From Bacteroidales bacterium (GTDB lineage Bacteria; Bacteroidota; Bacteroidia; Bacteroidales; JAFGXI01), in the NCBI GenBank assembly GCA_027064025.1, contig JAMOQL010000120.1, positions 1-49,774 on the forward strand: a stretch of 49,774 nt of DNA, read 5' to 3'. The first letter of the stretch is position 1, and every line of letters begins with the position of its first letter. Positions 8,406-15,501 of the stretch are shown in pieces. The position numbers and the translations under genes are program-made. The notes beneath the pieces are model-generated. The model did not search any database and was not told the origin of the DNA. It worked only from the letters and a program-made list of their open reading frames with translations.

Positions 8406-9094
8406 TATTCTTCGAATGCTTCAATTAAAAACTTAATTCTTCGTTCCGATATTTTCTTAAATGTAGCCACCTCAACAACGCCTACGACTTCTTTATGGTT
8501 AAAGATAGGTAAAATATACAAAAAATTTGGCTTAGCTTTACCTAATCCCGAAATTATTTCCATATCTATTTGTTCGGCAATATCAATCCCCACTGGCAAA
8601 CCACTAATAGCAACCTGCCCCGTAATACCTTCTCCCACTTTTATCTCTGTTGGATACATTTCATTGGCAAGAGCATAGCTCGTACTTATACTTAATATTT
8701 TATCTTTCTTTTCGTATGCTAAACCTGCAACCAATTGAATAGCGTCTGCTAATTTTTGAAATTTCAAATTAAATATTTCGCTTTTTGACAAATTACGATC
8801 TATTTGCTCAACTAATTTCAGGCATTTATTTTCTTCATCAATCTCATTTTCTATTATGTTATCTTCACTATTTTCATCTACCAGATTAGTAAGCGCTTCA
8901 AATTCTAATGATATCTTTTTATCTGAGCCTCTCAATAAAATAATATTTATAAGTAATAAAATAATTGATACAAATGCTGAAGAAAAAACAATCTGAGAAA
9001 AATATTTATATTGAATTAGATTTAATATAATTACTCCTATACAAAAAAGGAGGATTATCAAGTTTATATAATTTACTATTTTAAAATTTTTCAT
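8405..9094 (-). CDS. Membrane-anchored stand-alone GAF-domain protein
   Basis: 229 aa with two N-terminal TM helices and a C-terminal GAF (GEGITGQV..ISGLGKAKPNFLYILP..VVGVVEVATF). This GAF is paralogous to the GAFs of the 10506..12485 and 5778..8405 products. Confidence 0.75.
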   Translation of the reverse strand: MKNFKIVNYINLIILLFCIGVIILNLIQYKYFSQIVFSSAFVSIILLLINIILLRGSDKKISLEFEALTNLVDENSEDNIIENEIDEENKCLKLVEQIDRNLSKSEIFNLKFQKLADAIQLVAGLAYEKKDKILSISTSYALANEMYPTEIKVGEGITGQVAISGLPVGIDIAEQIDMEIISGLGKAKPNFLYILPIFNHKEVVGVVEVATFKKISERRIKFLIEAFEE

Positions 9095-9124
9095 TTAATT
9101 TACTTTTTCTTTTTTACTTAAAAT

Positions 9125-9682
9125 TTATAAGTTATTAATAAATTTTGAAATATTTTCTACATTTAATATTTGGTCAGGCTTAAACAACTTCATTGCCGCA
9201 TTAGGCATTGTACTTATCTGACTATCATTGGGATCTTGTACAATTGTACAGCCTCCAAAATCAGAAATCTTTTTTAACCCGTATGCTCCATCTCTATTTG
9301 CTCCCGACAAAATAATTCCAACGAGTTTTTCTCTATAAGCCTCGGCTGCTGTTTGCAATGATAGGTCTATCGATGGTCTCGAATGGTTTACTTGTTCGCT
9401 AACAGAAAGAGAAATACGCCTGTCAACATCTATTAACATATGATAATTGGCTGGTGCTAAGTATGCAATTCCAGGCTTAACTATAGTTTTATCAGAGGGT
9501 TCAATTATTTTAATATTAGATTTAATAGATAGGGCTTCAACAAAGCCATTTCGAACGTGTTTTAAGCGATGTAAACTTAAAAAAACAGGGAGGTTAAAAT
9601 CTTTTGGCAAATGTGACAAAAGATGTACAATAACCTGAAAACTACCTGCTGACCCTCCTATTATTAATGCTTTATACGTCAT
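9125..9682 (-). CDS. CheB-like protein-glutamate methylesterase/deamidase, catalytic domain only with no receiver domain
   Basis: 185 aa. Candidate triad contexts are IIGGSAGS (Ser), FLSLHRL (His) and ILSGANRDG (Asp). These resemble the CheB motifs GASTGG / QHMP / TGMGxDG. The ATG overlaps the CheR-like stop by 1 nt (TAATG). Confidence 0.75.
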   Translation of the reverse strand: MTYKALIIGGSAGSFQVIVHLLSHLPKDFNLPVFLSLHRLKHVRNGFVEALSIKSNIKIIEPSDKTIVKPGIAYLAPANYHMLIDVDRRISLSVSEQVNHSRPSIDLSLQTAAEAYREKLVGIILSGANRDGAYGLKKISDFGGCTIVQDPNDSQISTMPNAAMKLFKPDQILNVENISKFINNL

Positions 9683-10503
9683 TAGTTCTTTTTCTTATAG
9701 ATACTCTCCTTGAGATTAAAAATAGTAAATAATTCTCTATTTGCATCATCTACTAAACTTTCTTTTACACCTAATATTAAAAAGCCTCTAGATTTTAAAC
9801 TTTTGATTAAGTTTTGAGCCACATCGGCTTGTTTCTTTTTATTATATCTTAATAAAATATTCCTATATAATATCATATTTACAGCCTTCGAAAACGGTTG
9901 TTCTATTTCATTATATTCGTATTGAATTGTATTATTAAATAGACTATTTAAAGGAATCATAACGTTCTGTACTTTCGTAAAATATTTTTCGTCTAAATTA
10001 TGCCCATCTATTCTCTTATAATTAGATAGACTTAGTCCATGTTTACGTTCTTCATAATTAAAACCTCCTTTCACATCCGAAAGCACCTTGAAAGGAGAGG
10101 AATAGAATACTTGAATTTTATCAGCCATCCCCAACTCTTCTCTTAAAATAAGAAATGATAATAATTCAGCACCTTGAAAGCAGGAAGGAATCCAAACCTT
10201 ATACATAATATCTCTAGAAAAATTATGCAAGACCTCTTCTTTTACAATCCGCCATAAAGCAGGGTCTCTAAATAATTCAAAAGAGTCAACTAATAAAAAT
10301 TTAATAAATTCATTTCTAAGACTCGAAATTTTCTTTACTTTATTAAAAAGGTCATCAACTGAAGTTATTTTGTATTTATCTATAAACTGTTCCATTTTTA
10401 TTTTGATGGAAACATATGTAAAATCAGATAAATCAAAATTATATATTTCGTTAATAAACTCTATAATTTTCTTTACATCTTTTATTTTAAGGCTAAATCC
10501 CAT
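9682..10503 (-). CDS. CheR-like methyltransferase-fold protein with divergent SAM-binding motifs
   Basis: 273 aa with CheR-like length and layout. KVWIPSCFQGAELLS aligns with canonical (R)VWSAxxSTGEEPYS, and MILYRNILLRYN aligns with IFCRNVMIYF. By eye the acidic ASDID-type motif is replaced by YSSPF. The start is 2 nt after the sensor stop. Confidence 0.65.
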   Translation of the reverse strand: MGFSLKIKDVKKIIEFINEIYNFDLSDFTYVSIKIKMEQFIDKYKITSVDDLFNKVKKISSLRNEFIKFLLVDSFELFRDPALWRIVKEEVLHNFSRDIMYKVWIPSCFQGAELLSFLILREELGMADKIQVFYSSPFKVLSDVKGGFNYEERKHGLSLSNYKRIDGHNLDEKYFTKVQNVMIPLNSLFNNTIQYEYNEIEQPFSKAVNMILYRNILLRYNKKKQADVAQNLIKSLKSRGFLILGVKESLVDDANRELFTIFNLKESIYKKKN

Positions 10504-10505
10504 TT

Positions 10506-12485
10506 TTACTCTTTACTATTTATTTTGGTTTCTAATTCTTTTATTCTTTGTAGTAATTCACTTTCTCTTCTCGACGATTCTTCTTGTGTAGCCTGCATTT
10601 CTTCGAGATTTTGTCTCATTTCTTCTTCTTGAGCAGATAACTCTTCAGATTGTTGCTGCGATTGTTCCAATAATTCCGACGTTTGCTGTGAAATTTTCAC
10701 AGAAGACAAGGTTGAGGCTATACTTTCGCTTATGGTTTCCATAAATTTTATTTTATAATCTTCAATGGGCTTAAAGGATGCTATTTCAATAACAGCAAAT
10801 ACTTTTTCTTCAATTTTCATTGGGACAATTAACAAAAACCTAGGGTTTGCAGTTCCTAATCCAGAAGATATATTAACATAATTATTTGGTATTTCTGAAA
10901 GATAAATAGTCTCCTTTTCAAATACACAAGCCCCTATTAAGCCTTCACCAAATTGAATTTCTTTTTCTAAGAATTTCTTTCTATCATACGCTACTGCCGA
11001 AATTAATTTCAAAGATTTTTCAGTATCGTTAACAATAAACAAACCACCCTGATTTGCTCCAATATACTCTATCACATTTCGAACAATCGTATCAGATAAA
11101 ACCGAAATATCATTTGAATTCTGCCTCAATATCTCTGAAAATTTAGCTATCCCCTCAGTCGCCCAGTTTCGTTTTTCCTCTTCTCGTTTTCTCTCTTGTT
11201 CTAGTTGGTCTGCTTCTTTTAGATTATCTCTCATTTTTATTAGAGAATGGCTTAAAACATCTTCTTCGTTGATATTTTTGAGATCAACTTCCAAATTACC
11301 CTTACCTATTTCATTTGCAAAACTAGTCGATTTTTTCAATCTATCTATCAAAGTATTAAACACATCAGTAATTATTCCAATCTCGTCTGTCCTTTTATTA
11401 TCGATGCTATCTATCAACTCTCCTTTAGCAATTCTTTGGATACTTTTCCCTAAACGGGTTATTGGCTTTGAAACAATCTTTGATATTAACAAAAACAAGA
11501 GAACAAAGCTTATGAAAAAAGCAAGCAATGCAACTATAATACTCGAGCGAATTAAACTAATCATTTTCGCTGAGCTTTCTTTATTATCGATTTGATATAC
11601 GACAAAAGCAATATTTTTTTCATTAAAATCTTTAATAGGAATAAATGCATAACTATATTTATCTGTACTTTTCAAATTTATTCCCAAACCATCTTTTATA
11701 TTAAAATCTTCTGCGTTAATACTTTGGTTGATATAGGCTTCTGAACTTGCCAATTCTACAAAATCCTCATTAGCCTCTATGTTTTTCTTATTTGATAGTT
11801 TGTCCAAACTATTCTTATCTATATACAAAGCATATTCTTTCCCTTCATGATTTTCAATTAACTCATCAATAAATTTCAAAAAAGGATATTCGATTTGAAC
11901 AGCTCCTATGTATTGATTTGTGTTATCTAATATTGGAGCTACAGCGTTTACAAACAAGCCATTTTGATTTACATCAATACCTTTTACAGCAGAATGTTTG
12001 TTAGATATTGTCAATAATATTTCTGAAAAATCACTTAAATCAGATCCTCTTTTATTTGACCACGTTTTATAAAAAGAAGTTGCTGGAGGTAATACAAATT
12101 GAATCCTAGTTTGGAGTTCACTAAGCTTATTTGTTTTGTCTACTAGAGGACTTATTGTTCTTCGTAAAATTGAACTTGTAGAATCCTGGTTATTAATTTT
12201 TTTTTGAAGAATATATGCCCAACGTACTGAAGGTAATTCAGAAAGCATCGAACTCGTAATAAGAGCTTGTTCTGATACTGTTTTCACTTTAGAATATAAT
12301 AATTCTTGAAATTTCACGGCATCCATAGTAACTCGTTCAGTTTGATAGTCTTTTGAATCTCTAATTTTTCTGAAGATTGCAAAACTTGTCAACAATAATA
12401 CAATTAACACTATAGGAATAACTAGTTTATTTGATATCGAAGATTTAATTTTTTCGAGAATATATTTTCTTTTCTTTTGTCCCAT
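10506..12485 (-). CDS. Membrane sensor: TM, Cache-like periplasmic domain, TM, HAMP, HAMP-like linker, GAF, Q/E-rich coiled-coil tail
   Basis: I moved the start to the ATG at 12485 (MGQKKRKYILEK.. followed by a TM helix). The ORF-track start at 12761 would overlap the divergent gene at 12574. HAMP is SKPITRLGKSIQRIAKGEL..DEIGIITDVFNTLIDRL. GAF is AYDRKKF..GEGLIGA..SSGLGTANPRFLLIVP. The protein has no kinase, cyclase or MCP signalling domain. Confidence 0.8.
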   Translation of the reverse strand: MGQKKRKYILEKIKSSISNKLVIPIVLIVLLLTSFAIFRKIRDSKDYQTERVTMDAVKFQELLYSKVKTVSEQALITSSMLSELPSVRWAYILQKKINNQDSTSSILRRTISPLVDKTNKLSELQTRIQFVLPPATSFYKTWSNKRGSDLSDFSEILLTISNKHSAVKGIDVNQNGLFVNAVAPILDNTNQYIGAVQIEYPFLKFIDELIENHEGKEYALYIDKNSLDKLSNKKNIEANEDFVELASSEAYINQSINAEDFNIKDGLGINLKSTDKYSYAFIPIKDFNEKNIAFVVYQIDNKESSAKMISLIRSSIIVALLAFFISFVLLFLLISKIVSKPITRLGKSIQRIAKGELIDSIDNKRTDEIGIITDVFNTLIDRLKKSTSFANEIGKGNLEVDLKNINEEDVLSHSLIKMRDNLKEADQLEQERKREEEKRNWATEGIAKFSEILRQNSNDISVLSDTIVRNVIEYIGANQGGLFIVNDTEKSLKLISAVAYDRKKFLEKEIQFGEGLIGACVFEKETIYLSEIPNNYVNISSGLGTANPRFLLIVPMKIEEKVFAVIEIASFKPIEDYKIKFMETISESIASTLSSVKISQQTSELLEQSQQQSEELSAQEEEMRQNLEEMQATQEESSRRESELLQRIKELETKINSKE

Positions 12486-12533
12486 TGCTTTTCGGATATC
12501 TAAATTTTTAACCTTAATTTCTAATTTTAGTTT

Positions 12534-12541
12534 TATCTTTG
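12534..12541 (+). promoter_or_regulatory. Bacteroidota-type -7 box (TATCTTTG, consensus TAnnTTTG) for the THUMP methyltransferase gene
   Basis: Exact match to TAnnTTTG, 33 nt upstream of the ATG at 12574, inside the divergent intergenic region 12486..12573. Confidence 0.4.
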
Positions 12542-12573
12542 CACAAATTACTTTTACTTTTACAAGATACATA

Positions 12574-13758
12574 ATGTTTGGAAAAAGAATAAAAATTATT
12601 GCAAAAACTTTTTTTGGTCTAGAAGACATTCTAAAAAAAGAGATAGAACAGTTAGGGGCTAAGAAAATTAAAACCCTCAATAGAGCTGTTGAGTTTGAAG
12701 GAGATTTAGAGCTCTTATATACCGCTAATTTAAAATTAAGAACTGCTCTTTCTATTATCACTCCTATATTTGAATTTAAAGCAAAGAATGATGACCAGCT
12801 TTATAAACAAGTGTTAGAGTATAATTGGGGACGCATCTTCAATTTACATCAAACATTTGCCGTTTTCTCAGTGGTTCATTCAGAATTTTTTAATCATTCT
12901 CAGTACACATCTCTAAAAATTAAAGATGGAATAGCTGACCATTTTCGTCAAAAATACAATGAAAGACCAGATGTTGACAAGAAATTTGCAGATATTAAAA
13001 TAGTTGCTCATATCAACGACGATAAGGTTACCATTCTATTAGACACCTCTGGTAAAGCATTATTCCAAAGAGGATACAAGACAGAAATAACAGAAGCTCC
13101 CATAAACGAAGTTCTTGCTGCTGGTATAATATTACAATCTGATTGGGATATGAAAACTCCATTTATCGACCCTATGTGTGGTTCGGGAACTTTTCTTATT
13201 GAAGCGGCAATGATTGCTTCTAACACGCCTCCAAATATTTATAGACAACGATTTGGGTTCCAGAATCTAAGAAATTACGATGAGCTTCTTTGGAATTCTA
13301 TTTTAGATAAAGCAACCAAAGAAATTATTGAAGAAATTCCACCTATTCTCGGAAATGATATATCTGACGAGGTCATCGAAATAGCTCAAACAAATATTGA
13401 TAATACCAGATTTAAAAGAAATATTAGTTTGAATTGTGCCCATTTCACAAATTTTGAGCATGAACAAAAAGACGGTACTTTAATTACCAATCCACCTTAC
13501 GACGAACGTCTTAAAACGGCAGACATTATCGAGCTTTATCAAGATTTAGGTGATACTTTTAAAGAAAAATATAAGAATTTTGATTGTTGGGTTTTTTCGG
13601 GAAACCTACCAGCTCTTAAACGCTTAGGTCTTAAAACATCAAGACGCATCAAACTGTTTAACGGTCCTATTGAAGGTCGCTTAAATTTATACAAAATGTA
13701 CGATGGGAGCAAAAGAACTAAATATAATCAATATTTTGGAACTCCTGATCAGGACTAA
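12574..13758 (+). CDS. THUMP-domain class I SAM-dependent RNA methyltransferase (RlmL/RlmK N-terminal-like, UPF0020)
   Basis: 394 aa. THUMP-like N-terminus, SAM motif I DPMCGSGTFLIEA and catalytic NPPYDERL. Confidence 0.8.
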   Translation: MFGKRIKIIAKTFFGLEDILKKEIEQLGAKKIKTLNRAVEFEGDLELLYTANLKLRTALSIITPIFEFKAKNDDQLYKQVLEYNWGRIFNLHQTFAVFSVVHSEFFNHSQYTSLKIKDGIADHFRQKYNERPDVDKKFADIKIVAHINDDKVTILLDTSGKALFQRGYKTEITEAPINEVLAAGIILQSDWDMKTPFIDPMCGSGTFLIEAAMIASNTPPNIYRQRFGFQNLRNYDELLWNSILDKATKEIIEEIPPILGNDISDEVIEIAQTNIDNTRFKRNISLNCAHFTNFEHEQKDGTLITNPPYDERLKTADIIELYQDLGDTFKEKYKNFDCWVFSGNLPALKRLGLKTSRRIKLFNGPIEGRLNLYKMYDGSKRTKYNQYFGTPDQD

Positions 13759-13770
13759 AAAACAAATACA

Positions 13771-14496
13771 ATGGATGTTGAATTATTTATCCCTTGCTTT
13801 ATTGACCAACTTTATCCGGAAACGGCTTGGAATTGTATAAAACTTCTCGAAAAAGCAGGTTGTAAAGTCCATTACAACCCTAAACAAACTTGTTGTGGTC
13901 AGCCTTCGTTTAATAGTGGCTATTGGGATACAACACGAAAAATGGCTAAGAAATTCATCAATGATTTTGATAAAAATTTGCCCATTGTTAGCCCATCTGG
14001 TTCTTGCACTGGTTTTGTAAAAAATCATTATCCTAAATTATTCGAAGAAAAAGAAAACTCTTTTCATAAGGATGCACAACTCCTTACAGACCATATATTT
14101 GAGATTACTGACTTTTTAGTTAATCATCTTAAATTCACCAATTTTGGTGCAGAATTCAAGCATAAAGTAACCTACCATGATAGTTGTTCTGCGCTTCGTG
14201 AATATGGAATAAAAGAAGAGCCTCGCCTTTTACTTTCAAAAGTTAAGGGTTTAGAATTAATTGAAATGGAAGAAAGCGAAACTTGCTGTGGTTTTGGAGG
14301 AACTTTTTCTGCTAAATTCGATGGCATTGCTAGTGCTATGACTGAACAGAAGGTAGAACATGCTCTTAATACAAAAGCGGAATACATTATTTCGACAGAA
14401 TCTAGTTGCCTAATGAATATAGAGGGTTATATCAACAAAAACAACAAAGCCATAAAAACAATTCATATCGTAGATATTTTAGCCAATTTTAAATAA
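13771..14496 (+). CDS. lutA: (Fe-S)-binding CCG-domain protein, LutA/YkgE-like
   Basis: 241 aa. The N-terminus VELFIPCFIDQLYPE..LLEKAGCKVHYNPKQTCCGQP and a second CCGFGG motif resemble the LutA/YkgE family. No lutB or lutC lies nearby. Confidence 0.7.
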   Translation: MDVELFIPCFIDQLYPETAWNCIKLLEKAGCKVHYNPKQTCCGQPSFNSGYWDTTRKMAKKFINDFDKNLPIVSPSGSCTGFVKNHYPKLFEEKENSFHKDAQLLTDHIFEITDFLVNHLKFTNFGAEFKHKVTYHDSCSALREYGIKEEPRLLLSKVKGLELIEMEESETCCGFGGTFSAKFDGIASAMTEQKVEHALNTKAEYIISTESSCLMNIEGYINKNNKAIKTIHIVDILANFK

Positions 14497-14503
14497 ATAA
14501 AAC

Positions 14504-15454
14504 ATGAAAAAAGGAATTATTTCAGGAATGTCAGGATCTGGGAAATTGGGAATTCTCTTATTAATCATCATAGTTTCAACACTAATAATGGGAGCTTTAG
14601 GACTAGCAGTTGCTTATTTAAAAACAGGAATAGGATTAAACACTAGTGTACTAATGGATTATAACAATCCTGATACTATTACCTACATGAAAATCATGCA
14701 GATTTTCCAAGCTATTGGTTTATTTATTATTCCTCCAGCTTTTGCAATCTTCTTATTTGGGAAGAAAGGTGAAAATTATTTACAATTCAGAAAGACAAAT
14801 CTTCTTTTTATCCTAGTAGCGGGATCTTTAATGATTGTAGCTTTACCGCTTATCAATTGGTTTGCTGAATTTAATCAAGCATTAATTTTACCAGACTTTT
14901 TATCAGGAATAGGTCAATGGATGCACGAAAGTGAAGCTTCGGCTGCAAAAATAACTGAGTATTTTCTGAAAGCTGATAATATTCCTACACTATTATTAAA
15001 TCTGTTCATTATGGCCTTACTTCCTGCTTTTGGAGAAGAAATGCTTTTTAGAGGAGTATTGCAACGAATATTTATCCAAATGAGTAAAAATATTCATATC
15101 GGAATTTGGATCACAGCATTTTTATTTTCGGCTATTCATATGCAATTTTTCACATTCTTACCTCGATTCTTTATGGGGGCTATGTTTGGATATATGTTAG
15201 TTTGGTCAGGCTCTATTTGGCTTACAATTACGGCTCACTTTGTAAATAATGGGACTGCTGTAATTATTGGTTACCTCACCGATAAAGGGAGTATCAGCTC
15301 TGATGTTGACACTATTGGAACTAATAATTTTGTTTATATTATAGGAAGTTTTATACTTGTTAGTACAGGTATGTATTACTTAAAAGTAAAAGCAGAAAAT
15401 CGATTTGAACAAGAGTTATTAAATACCACCGAGCAAACTATCGAAATTAAATAA
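14504..15454 (+). CDS. CPBP-family intramembrane glutamic endopeptidase (CAAX protease-like)
   Basis: 316 aa and polytopic. Motifs are FGEEMLFRGVLQ, FSAIHM and AHFVNNG. Confidence 0.8.
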   Translation: MKKGIISGMSGSGKLGILLLIIIVSTLIMGALGLAVAYLKTGIGLNTSVLMDYNNPDTITYMKIMQIFQAIGLFIIPPAFAIFLFGKKGENYLQFRKTNLLFILVAGSLMIVALPLINWFAEFNQALILPDFLSGIGQWMHESEASAAKITEYFLKADNIPTLLLNLFIMALLPAFGEEMLFRGVLQRIFIQMSKNIHIGIWITAFLFSAIHMQFFTFLPRFFMGAMFGYMLVWSGSIWLTITAHFVNNGTAVIIGYLTDKGSISSDVDTIGTNNFVYIIGSFILVSTGMYYLKVKAENRFEQELLNTTEQTIEIK

Positions 15455-15501
15455 TAATATTAATTCGAAAAAGACTTCTGGGAATATTTATTACTGGAGG
15501 A

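Noticed and set aside
12197-12205. Nine-nt homopolymer (T9 on +, A9 in the coding sense) inside the sensor gene, considered as a slipped-strand phase-variation site
   Set aside because: It encodes Lys-Lys in an AT-rich, Lys-rich genome. Similar runs occur in several housekeeping genes here (for example near 28161 and 30361), so it is most likely compositional.
9125-12485. Reading the sensor-CheR-CheB genes as a classical chemotaxis operon
   Set aside because: No CheA, CheW or CheY is present, and the sensor has no MCP signalling hairpin. The CheB-like protein lacks a receiver domain. The flanking genes are GAF/PP2C/SiaBC-like and ABC genes rather than flagellar or chemotaxis genes.
12486-12761. 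Long N-terminal extension of the sensor ORF (ORF-track start at 12761)
   Set aside because: The extra 92 aa overlap the divergent gene that starts at 12574 and read like AT-rich noise. The internal ATG at 12485 is followed immediately by a basic stretch and a TM helix. The same logic was applied to 714..1697 (start moved to 1634), 21856..23259 (to 23097), 37280..38125 (to 38053) and 38625..39206 (to 38664).
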